Shown piece after piece: positions 37,474 through 48,616 of a DNA stretch of 62,867 bases; the stretch's first letter is position 1, and each line of letters opens with the position of its first letter. A program made the position numbers and the translations under genes. The notes under the pieces are model-generated. The model was not told the origin of the DNA and made no database searches. It saw nothing but the letters and a program-made list of their open reading frames with translations. The stretch lies in assembly GCA_027923505.1 (NCBI GenBank), contig BROI01000034.1, forward strand, positions 186,001-248,867, in the 5' to 3' direction. Source of the stretch: Mayamaea pseudoterrestris (Eukaryota).

Positions 37474-39664
37474 GTGACAACTTATCACCAGTCTCAGCCC
37501 AAAGATGCCGGGACATTCAAACGCCCCTACAGCAAGCCCTGTAGGTGCCCAAAATACACCAGAGTGGTGCCAACATCATTATTTAGGCTGAGCTACAAGA
37601 TGGTAGGCTTGGCTGGTGTCTCAGGGGATGGCAATGTATCTGGTGACAACTTGTCACCAGTCTCAGCCCGCAGATGCCGTGACATTCAAACGCACCTACA
37701 GCAAGATCTCTAGGTGACCAAAATAAACCAGAATGGTGCCAACATCATTATTCTGCCTGCGGTACAAGATGGTAGGCTTGGCTGGTATCTCAGGGGATGG
37801 CAATGTATTTGGTGACAACTTGTCACCAGTCTTAGCCTGCAGATGCCGTGACATTCAAATGCCCCTACAGCAAGCCCTGTAGGTGCCCGAAATACTCCAG
37901 AATGGTGCCAACATCCTTATTCATGCAGCGCTACAAGATGGTAGGCTTGGCTGGTGTCTCAGGAGATGGCAATGTATTTGGTGACAACTTGTCACCAGTC
38001 TCAGCCCGCAGATGCCGTGACATTCAAACACCCCAACAGCAGGCCTGGTAGATGCCCAAATTACACCAAAACGGTGCCAACATCATTAGTTAGGCTGCGC
38101 TACAAAATGATAGTCTTGGCTGGTGTCTCAGGTGATGGCAATGTATTTGGTGACAACTTGTCACCAGTCTCAGCCCGCAGATGCCGTGACATTCAAACAC
38201 CCCTACAGCAAGCCCTGTAGGTGCCCAAAATACACTAGAATGGTGCCAACATCATTGTTCAGGCCGAGCTACAAGATGGTAGGCTTGGCTGGTGTCTCAG
38301 GGGATGGCAATGTATTTGGTGACAACTTGTCACCAGTCTCAGCCCGCAGATGCCGTGACATTCAAACGCCCCTACAGCAAGCCCTGTAGGTGCCCAAAAT
38401 ACACCAGAATGGTGCCAACATCATTATTCAGGCTGCGCTACAAGATGATAGGCATGGCTGGTGTCTCAGGGGATGGCAATGTATGTGGTGACAACTTGTC
38501 ACCAGTCTCAGCCGGCGGATGCTGTGACATTTAAATGCACCTACAGCAAGCTCTGTAGGTGCCCAAAAAACACCAGAATGGCGCCAACATCATTATTCAG
38601 GCTACGCTACAAGATGGTAGGGTTGGCTGGTGTCTCAGGGGATGGCAATGTATTTGGTGACAACTTGTCACCAGTCTCAGCCCGCAGATGCCGTGACATT
38701 CAAACGCCCCTACAGCAAGCCCTGTTGGTGCCCAAACTACACCAGAATGGTGCCAACATCATTATTCAGGCTGCGCTACAAGATGGTAGGCTTGGCTGGT
38801 GTCTCAGGGGATGGCAATGTATTTGGTGACAACTTGTCACCAGTCTCAGCCCGCAGATGCCGGGACATTCAAATGCCCCTACAGTAAGCCCAATAGGTGC
38901 CCAAAATACACCAAAACAGTGCCAACATCATAAGTTAGGCTGCGCTACAAGATGGTAGGCTTGGCTGGTGTCTCAGGGGATGGCAATGTATTTGGTGACA
39001 ACTTGTCACCAGTCTCAGCCCGCAGATGCCGTGACATTCAAACGCCCCTACAGCAAGCCCTGTTGGTGCCCAAACTACACCAGAATGGTGCCAACATCAT
39101 TATTCAGGCTGCGCTACAAGATGGTAGGCTTGGCTGGTGTCTCAGGGGATGGCAATGTATTTGGTGACAACTTGTCACCAGTCTCAGCCCGCAGATGCCG
39201 GGACATTCAAACGCCCCTACAGTAAGCCCAATAGGTGCCCAAAATACACCAAAACAGTGCCAACATCATTAGTTAGGCTGCGCTACAAGATGGTAGGCTT
39301 GGCTGGTGTCTCAGGGGATGGCAATGTATTTGGTGACAACTTGTCACCAGTCTCAGCCCGCAGATGCCGTGACATTCAAACGCCCCAATAGCAAGCCCTG
39401 TAGGTGTCCAAAATACACCAGAATGGTGCCAACATCATTGATCAGGCTGCGCTACAAGATGGTAGGCTTGGCTGGTGTCTCAGGGGATGGCAATGTATTT
39501 GGTGACATCTTGTCACCAGTCTCAATCCGCAGATGCCGGGACATTCAAACGCCCCTACAGCAAGCCCTGTAGGTGCCCAAAATACACCAGAATGGTGCCA
39601 ACATCATTATTCAGGCTGCGCTACAAGATGGTAGGCTTGGCTGGTGTCTCAGGGGATGGCAATG
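37473..39664 (-). repeat. 169-bp satellite (subfamily A-like), inverted orientation, ~13 copies
   Basis: Same monomer and orientation as 22782-23897. Confidence 0.96.
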
Positions 39665-40602
39665 AGGCTACCAACATTTCAACCATGAGGCTACCAACAC
39701 CAAACCCTGAGGGTATAATTTCAACCATGAGGCTATTATGAGGCTACTAGCCCTTTGAACCATGAGGCTACTCACACCAAACCATGAGGCTGCCATTTCA
39801 CCCATGAGGCTACCATGAGGCTACCAATATTTCAACCATGAATCTACCAACACCAAACCATGAGATTACCATTTCTACCATTTCTACCATTTCAACCAAG
39901 AGGCTACCATGAGGCTAACATAGGGCTACCAACCTTTCAACCATGAGGCTGACATTTTAACCATAAGGCTACCATGAGAGCCCCATGGTACCCTCATGGT
40001 TTGGTGTTGGTAGCGTCATAGTTGAAATGTTGGTAGCCTCATGGTAGCCTCATGGTTGAAATGGCAGCCTCACGGTTTGGTGTTGATAGCCTCATGGTAG
40101 CCTTATGGTACCCTCATGGTAGCCTCATGGTGGATGTTGTAGCGTCAAATACCCATGGTACCCTCATGGTAGCCTCATGGTAGCATCATGGTAGCCTCAT
40201 GGTAGCCTCATGGTTTGGTGTTGGTAGCGTCATAGTTGAAATGTGGGTAGCCTCATGGTAGCCTCATGGTTGAAATGACAGCCTCACGGTTTGGTGTTGG
40301 TAGCCTCATGGTAGCCTCATGGTACCCTCATGGTACCCTCATGGTACCCTCATGGTTTGGTGTTGGTAGCGTCATAGTTGAAATGTTGGTAGCCTAATGG
40401 TAGCCTCATGATAGCCTCATGGTTGAAATGGCAGCCTCACGGTTTGGTGTTGGTAGCCTCATTTAGCCTCATGGTAGCCTCATGGTAGCCTCATGGTAGC
40501 CTCATGGTAGCCTCATGGTACCCTCATGATACCCCCATGGTTTGGTGTTGGTAGCATCATAGTTGAAATGTTGGTAGCCTCATGGTAGCCTCATGGTAGC
40601 CT
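39662..40602. repeat. 11-bp minisatellite (CCATGAGGCTA / TAGCCTCATGG) arranged as an inverted repeat centred near 39980
   Basis: The left arm reads CCATGAGGCTA and the right arm reads TAGCCTCATGG. Interspersed ACACCAAA/TTTGGTGT and ATTTCAA/TTGAAAT modules flip with it. Confidence 0.93.
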
Positions 40603-41670
40603 GCACCAACCAGACTATCAAGGAATGGAACTTAAGTGCTGGTGTCCAAAGCGCCTCATTTCAATGACGGTTGACGTTGTCAGCAGCTCCAAAGGGCCAG
40701 TGTGACCCAGTGTCGTGTTGCTGATGCAGGTGATTCGGTACGAAGTCATTTAAATGTTGCTTAAACTCTGTCCGCTTTGGCAATTAGATAATTTGCGTCT
40801 GTATAAAGTATATAGAGCAAAGAATGGAATGAGGAAGTCATCTCAATGTTTTGCATAAAATGTGAGGTCTCCGTTCATGGGCTACTTTACTTTAAATACG
40901 CATCAAAACTCAACCAAACATGGCAAATCAATCCATTACACTATAGAGCAAGTGTATGCATAGTATCAGTGTCAAAAAGGACCCATGGTGCGATAGCAAG
41001 AATGGATTGGGGGGGGCAACAAAAAAAGAACGTATTTTTTCAGAAACGGAGCTGCGGCAGGACCAGTACGCCTTGGACGACAAAACCGACTGCACACTTG
41101 AATCTGTCGTGACTTACTTAGTAGATCAAGTGTTTTAAATCTATAGTTACTTCCTTCTGTGTGCTATAAACTGGAATGACGGATGCTGCTGCAAATGGTG
41201 GATGGTTGGTCGATCCGCGGCGTCGTGAAAACCTGAAAAATTTACTTGAAACAAAACGGCAATATTGAAATATACATTTTGGGCTGGTGTGCAAGAAGGG
41301 ATGTGGAATATAGCAAGAACAATGGCTAGGACCATCATTTTATGGTTCGTATAACAATGAATTGGAGACTATACCGTGCCATGGAGCCCTTCCACTACCA
41401 TGGCTGGATAGCATTGGCCTGTTTGACTGATCATTGATGCATTGATGCCTCCTTCATCAAGTGGTTGGAGCCTGGTTGGTGTTTGGCTGTCAACTGGTGC
41501 AGTTGTTTCCACACATTCGCTGGAGCATTGGCCAGAGTGTGGCCAGAGCATGGTGCTTGTAAATCCGATGAAATATTGGGGAGGGTTTTGTCATGGGTCA
41601 AGGGTTTGGCCATGCAGGTGCTCATAGGATGCTCCACTGGTGCACCAGTGTTACCTTCTAAGCAGTGGTT

Positions 41671-41838
41671 TTGTTGGCAGCCTCAAAGTTTTGTTGGCAG
41701 CCTCATGGGTTTGTTGGCATTCTCAAGGTTCTGTTGGCAGCCTCATGGCTTGATTAGCAGCCTCAAGGTTTTGTTGGCAGCTTCATGATCTTGTTGGCAG
41801 CCTTATGGATTTGTTGACAGCATCAAGACTTTGTTGGC
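41671..41838 (+). repeat. 20-bp minisatellite TTGTTGGCAGCCTCAWGGNT, 8 copies plus a partial ninth
   Basis: Units start every 20 bp from 41671 to 41831. The ninth is cut by Copia-4 sequence. Confidence 0.9.
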
Positions 41839-42357
41839 TACGACGAGCAGCGTACCCGAGGGGAGTGACAAGTCGCAGAGCGGCGAAGTCAAGAGCCCAA
41901 ACCCTAATTAGCTTGTGTCAAGTCCGCAGCTGTCGTACGTGACATGTGAATGAAGAAAGTGCGCAACCGTCATGTGGATGCGTTGTATGAATGGAATGAC
42001 TGATTACGACTGATGTAATGTGATTGAAAGAAACGGATTGATCGGATGATCTTCCGAGTGGTCGATGTAGCGATGTAGCGATAAGCTCACAATATAGAAC
42101 TACAAGTTTGCGACGAGAGTGCAGTTGTATTTGTGTAGTGGCGAGCGCAAGACTATTCGACGAGCCATCTCCATCAAATGCTGTACAGACCGTGGCCAAG
42201 GAACCTGTATTGGAGCTTTTTGGAGGTAAGACATTGACTGCGAAATCGTCAACGGTGTTAGATTAACATTTCAGTGCTTTGAGAGCAAGAACGAGCGAGG
42301 GAGCTATTGTGACACATTCGTCTGCAGCGAGTCCGATTCCTCTGATCAACCTCCACC

Positions 42358-45300
42358 ATGGCGACGATTGATGTAACGACCTACAAGTGTGCCGTCGGTA
42401 AAGTCTTCGACATTCCGTGGCTCGCAGCGTCCGCAACTTGGGATCCAAACGACCCTACCGCAGTGTGTTTTGAGCAAGAGGAACTCACGACTGCGGAGGC
42501 GATGGCCGAGTTGTCAGAACAAGATGTGACGAACATTAAGACCCAGTACCATTGGCCAACGATACGAACAAGCCGATTGCGCAAGCTCATGAGTTGGATT
42601 CACAAGCAACGTCGGACGACTGCGCAATGGCAAGACCTGGAGAAAGACCACATTACGAGCCGAGACCTACCAGTAGCACCGGGGTCACCGACCGCAGGCA
42701 ACCGCAGTTTTGGAGACTTCAGCGTTATCGGAGGCAACAACACCACGACGAAGCGACACGACATCAAGTTGGATCTGAAGACCATGCTGGAGCTCAAGAA
42801 CGATCGCAAGTTCTGCTCCTACTGGCGGGCCTTCAAGAACCGCATGCGAAGCGAGCGACTTGGCTACTTTTGGGACGACGAGTTCAAGGCACCAGCTGCA
42901 CTCAAGCCTGAATTCGCCGAGTATTAGTATCAGTGTTCGAAGCTTTTAGCGGCACTCGAGTATACCTGCAAGACATTGTCCGCAAGCACATCGACAGCGC
43001 GAATGCCTCAGCATGCATTGCAGAGTTGGAGGCGACATTCCTCAATGGGATGGCGCGCAAGTTGGATCTACGTTCGGCTGAAGACGAATGGCGCAATTTC
43101 ACCCTTGACGCGGGTTACGCCAAGTCTCTTGTCAATTGGCTTATCCAGTGGTCCAGCAAGGAAGAGAACTACAATGACTACGCCAAGGAAACCGAACTAC
43201 TTACAGCAAGCACGAAGCGTCAGATTTTGGAGCGCGCAGTTTTCCGCCATGCGGATATGGCAGCGGCGGTGAACATGGCGCTGATTGAAGAGTCCAAGAC
43301 CAGCAATCCGATGGCGTACACCCAGTTTTGGAACCTCCTGAACGACGTCGCACGTCAATCTGACAATCGTCGTGGCATCAAGGAGACCGAGAAGCGTCAG
43401 GCGAACCAATCTGAGCAGACCAAGAAAGAGAAGGAGAAGACAAAGAAGGCAAGCGTGAACAATTCCCAATCTACGCCAAGTAGCAGCAACAATCGGCAAT
43501 CCAATCAGGGGGGTGGTGGTCGCGGCGACTTGAGCACGGGACGAGGCGGCGGCGGTGGCCGCGGTCGGGGAGATACTCGTTCGTATGTTCGCAGCTATGC
43601 CGACACAAAGACGATCAAAGTTCCCAGTGACGTGAATGCGATGATTCCACCAAACACATGGCAACTCCTTACCCGCGATCAGCAACAAGAAGTGTTTGAA
43701 CGCTGCGGTACGAGTCGAGCGGCCAGTGCTGCAGGTGGTTCGACATCAGCAACACAGGCAGGCACCACGCAGACGACGAGTACAACACGCAACGCAAATG
43801 TCGCAGCCACTTCATCAGCGGCAATGACGGCGAGTGCGGCGACTGAACGTGTGAACAACACCAGCCGTGGCTCAGCGATGCAAAGTTTCTTCGGTCCAGA
43901 CCAGCCCACGACTACGACTCGGGGAGCAAATATTGCTCAGAGTCGCAAGTACAAAGTCGCGAGCATTGACTTGGATAAGCATTCAGCGTCGACTGTCAAT
44001 CACGGCGCGAGTGGCGGAGTATGGGGAGCGGACGGCCGCATCCTTACCGAGGACAAGTTCCACAAGATTGAAGTCACTGGAGTCGGTGGTCTCAAACTTC
44101 CGGACCTGTCTACCGTCACAGCAGTCGCCAAGCTTAAGAGCACCAAGGGTTGGGTCATCGGTGAGTTCCATAATTACGCATATTCTGGAACCGGCAAGAC
44201 GATCCATTCGAGTATGCAGATGGAAGCCTTCGGACTTCACGTCAACGACAAGCATTACAACTTTGGTGGCAAGTTACGAATTGAAACGCCAGACGGATAC
44301 AAGTTTATGCTCGGAATGGAAAGTGGCATGGCGACCCTGCCAATGTTTCCAGTATCGGCGCATGAGCTTCACACCTTACCTCGGGTCATGATGACCTTCG
44401 ATGGGCCTTGGGATCCAAATGAGTTTGACGTCGAGCCAACCGAGGACGACGACTATGACTCTTCGGATGACGATGACGACGAGGACGACGTACCGGACTT
44501 GTTGTCACGTGACGAAGACGACGAAGACAGTGACGACGAAGAGGGCTTCACGCGTGTGACACGTTCGCGTACGCAGAATCGCACCCATTGTCAGAGCGTG
44601 GCATATACGAATCTCGGACATGACAATCAACCTGTTTACACTGAGAAGGAGCTAAATGTTTGTGCCGTCGTACAGAAAATGCGGATCTCGTCTATCAGCC
44701 CTACAAGTCTATCCTGCCAAAGAAACCTGATATTGACGCATTGATGCCGAACTTTGCATGGTACCCGGCGCAGATGATCAAGGATACTTTGCGCCATAGC
44801 ACGCAGTTCAACATGCACGAGCACCGATACCCCCCACGGATGCATCGAAAGAGCCGATTCCTGAACGTCTACCGTCTAGATGATCGAGTGGCCCATGACA
44901 CCATGTTCTTCGACGAACCAGCCATGGATGATCAAATCGACGGACATGCAGGGTGCACATGCGTGCAGCTATTTTATGGTTGTCGCAGTCAGATCATTGT
45001 CATGTATCCCATGCGGACGAAAGGTGACGTACCAAAACGATTCCGTGATTTCATCCGCGAGTTTGGAGCTCCGTTGGAAGTCTTCTCGGATAATGCAAAA
45101 GAAGCGATGAGTGCCGAGTTTGACGAAGTAATGCGCAAGTTTATGATTCGCCGTCGACATACATCGGAGCCGTACTATCAGAATCAAAACCCAGCCGAGC
45201 GCATCATCGGGCACGTCAAGGAAAGTCATGAACGACTTATGGACCGAACGGGCACTCCAGCATGCTTCTGGCTACGCGCTTTACTCTTTCAGACTGAGAT

Positions 45301-48300
45301 GTACCATCATTTGTCGCATCCAGCGTTGGACGGCAAGTCTCCCATTGAGTTTATCACTGGGCAAGTCCCCGACTTGTCAAAGTATTTGCATTTTTGTTGG
45401 TTTGAAATTGTCAACTACTTTGTCAAGGATGTCGAGGCCCTGGGTACCCGCCAGCGTGGGGCATACTGGCTTGGTCCCAACACGACGTGTGGAGACAACC
45501 TGACGTACTTCATCTGCGATTGCGAGACCCACGAGATCATGACGCGATTGGTTTGCTTACCCCGAAATGACCCAAAACTTTTGAACCTTTGCGTACCGGC
45601 ACCTGCTTCCCCAGTCATAAAAGAAGGGGAGCCGCTTCTCTATACCGTACCTGGTCTAGGTGGCGAGATCCTTATGCCGGAAATGATCAAGAAGATTACC
45701 GAAGCCGAAGGCAGAGATGATGATTCTTTCATTCCTGACAAAGATGATACCCCTTTGGTTGAGACGGTGGAATACCCGGAAGACGACGATATGACCGACG
45801 GGGAGGAAGATCCTAATCCTGCCAATGACGACGACGACAAGCCGAAGAAGAAGAACATCAATCCGTGGCGCAAACTTCCAAAGTATGCACCCGATGAACT
45901 TATCGGCAAGTCGTTTCTCATGAAGACGGACGACGGGCAAGAAGTTCGAGCGACCATCATGAGCAAGCTGAACAATCGCGACGCCCAGAACCATCAGAAC
46001 ATTAAAATGATGCTGAAGCTTGGTAACGGCAAAGCGGACGAAGTCATGTCCTATGTCGAGGTTTCCGATCTCTACGAGAATGAAGTGAACCAAGACATGG
46101 TGAATCCTGAGCGTAAATGGTTCTTCAAGGAGATTCTAGACCATCAGGGTCCGCTGACGAGCAAGTCAAAGAACTGGAAGCACTCCAAGTGGAACGTCCT
46201 TGTACAATGGGACGATGGATCCAAGACTTGGGAGCCTCTCAACGCGATGATCAAAAGCGAAAAAGTATCAGTGGCAGCCTACGCGCAAAAGCATAATCTT
46301 CTCGACAAGGATGGATGGGCATCGTTGAATCGATGGGCCCAGAACGCCAAGAAGGTTGTGCGCAAGGTGGCGACCGCCCGAATGGAGCAGCAGAAGAACG
46401 GACCACGCTACAAATTTGGAGTCCAAGTACCCCGAGATTGGAAGGAAGCGCGACGTTTGCAGGAAGCTGCAGGGCACACGAAGTGGACGGATGTGGAAGG
46501 CGTGGAGCTTGCGAACCTGGATGAGTACGAGACGTTTCAAGATCTTGGTCCGAGTTCCACCACAGCACCACCAACTGGTTACCAAAAGATCCGAGTCCAT
46601 TTTGTGTACCGTCCGTTTGCAATGTAGGTAACAGAGCCGGTGAGACATTTCTGTATTATGCCATTTTACACCATGAGTCATACAATCATCATTTGTTTAA
46701 GCCTCTTGAAATCAATTGGTGAAAAGAGACGAAAGCGGAAGGCCACTGTGGGTCCCGCAGAGCATTTCGAAACGCACGTAGGCTTGGTAGGATTTGTACG
46801 GGACGGCTGGCGCGCCAGAATTGCTGCTCACCAACCATCGAAGTTCCGGAACAATTCCTGCGGGATCTCGAGCAGAACTTTTGATTATACGCATACACTG
46901 CATTAACTAGAGAGTAAAGATTGCGGTGGTATAATTTGTTTTCTTGTGGGGCATCTGTAGCTCCCAGGATATGTTCCAAGAACTGGCTCGTTAGTGAAAA
47001 TCGTGTTCTTTGCAATCAGACGGTACGATGTCAAGCACGATTTGCGATACAAGGCACGTCTCGTTGCAGGCGGCCACCTGACGAAAGACAACGACAATGC
47101 CTACTCCAGTGTTATCTCATTGAAGGCAATGCGTCTAGCTCTCGTCATTGGAGAAGCGAACGGCAAGAAGTGCATGGTCGGTGACATTGGGAATGCTTAT
47201 CTTGAAGTGTTCACCAAAGAGAAGGTATACTTCGTTGGAGGCCCCGAGTTTGGGGAGCGCGAAGGACACATCCTAGTCATCATCAAGGCTTTGTATGGAT
47301 TGCGAACGAGCGGAGCACGATTTCATGAACGCTTAGCCGACGCCCTACTTGCGGAAGGGTGGAAGCCGTCCTATTGCGATTCCGATCTGTGGATCAAGGA
47401 CGCTGGCGACAGCTACGACTACCTCTGTGTATGGGTTGACGATCTGTTGAATATTTCAGACGATCCAGCAGCGTTCTTCAAGATGCTAGAGGAGAAGTAC
47501 AAGTTTAAGCTCAAAGGTGTTGGACATCCCGAGTATCATCTCGGCGGTGACTTCGGACAAGACCCTGACGGAACTCTTTACTGGTCGGCCAAGACCTACG
47601 TTGCGAAACTCTTGGCGCAGTACGAGCGTTTGTTTGAAGGTCCTCCGAAGAAGTATTCATCACCAATCGACAAAGACAACCATCCCAAACTTGACCAAAG
47701 CGAGCTACTGAACGACCAAGAGAAGAAGATTTACCAGTCTCTAGTCGGAGCACTTCAGTGGGCGATTACTTTGGGATGATTTGACATTGCCGTAGCAGTT
47801 GTGAGTCTGTCGCAATTCCATGTGGAGCCGCGCAAGGGACACCTGCAGCGGGTGAAGCGAGTCTGTGGATATTTGCGAGAGTTACCGGATGCAGCAATCC
47901 GTTTCTGTACGAAGTGGCCAGCCAACGAGGAGCACTTCGGTACCATGGAGGAACAAGATTGGGAGCGCAGCGTTTACGGGAAGGACGGAGTTGATGAGAT
48001 GTTGGACGTCTACCCACCACCAAAGGGTGTGACTGTGCGAACATCAACTTTCGAGGATGCGTGTCTCATGCATTGCATGGTGACAGGCAAGTCATTGGAA
48101 GGAGTTTTGTCATTTGTCAACCAGACGCCTGTCGACTGGCATTGCAAACTTCAGGCTACAGTCGAGACTGCGACCTTCAGATCGGAATTTGGCGTAGCAA
48201 AGAGTGGAACGGATATCAGCATTTCTCTACGTGCGTCGCTCATGGCTATGGGCGTACCATTGGAGAAGTCTGCCTGGATGTACGGAGACAACCAAGCAGT

Positions 48301-48616
48301 GATTACGCAATCTACAATCCCAAGTTCAACATTGTCCAAGCGACACAATCCGTTGGCCTACCATCGTGTTCGTTGGGCAGTTGCTGCGGGGATTATCAAG
48401 TTTGTGAAGATTGACGGAAAGGAGAACATTGCGGACGTACTTACCAAGTACCTGCCGTACTGTGATGCGATGCCATTGCTCAAGCCAGTATTGTTTTGGT
48501 GCGGCGATACATCGTATGCGATTGTGAAGGACAAGAATGCGGCTACGACGAGCAGCGTACCCGAGGGGAGTGACAAGTCGCAGAGCAGCGAAGTCAAGAG
48601 CCCGAACCCTAATTAG
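42358..48616 (+). pseudogene. Copia-4 gag-pol (frameshifts near 42930 and 44680, MITE insertion, TGA at 47777)
   Basis: Degenerate PR TVNHGASGG; IN AHDT..SDNAKE..QNPAE; chromo-like VLVQWDDGSKTWEPL; RT KARLVAGG, DIGNAYL, WVDD; RH FEDA, GDN, NIADVLTK. Confidence 0.92.
46609..47023. mobile_element. 415-bp non-autonomous Tc1/mariner-pogo-type DNA transposon (MITE)
   Basis: TA duplication at 46607-46608 and 47024-47025. TIRs CCGTCCGTTTGCAA / TTGCAATCAGACGG (12/14 match). Removing it restores the RT frame HFVY-DVKHDLRYKARL. Confidence 0.92.

Noticed and set aside
39662..40602. Telomeric repeat or interstitial telomere fusion
   Set aside because: The unit CCATGAGGCTA does not resemble TTAGGG-type repeats and is interspersed with other modules.
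40603..41670. Short ORFs in the unique spacer
   Set aside because: No recognisable motifs. The region is partly CpG-depleted and probably decayed repeat.
41866..41874. Satellite palindrome core TGACAAGTTGTCA resembling LTR termini (TGACAAGT..., ...TGTCA)
   Set aside because: Only 8-9 nt of similarity and no further homology, which is compatible with chance.
15328..47779. TGA recoding or alternative genetic code in the retroelements
   Set aside because: Host genes here (COQ4, AS3MT) end in TGA, and CGA->TGA CpG decay explains the stops, matching the LTR mutation spectrum.
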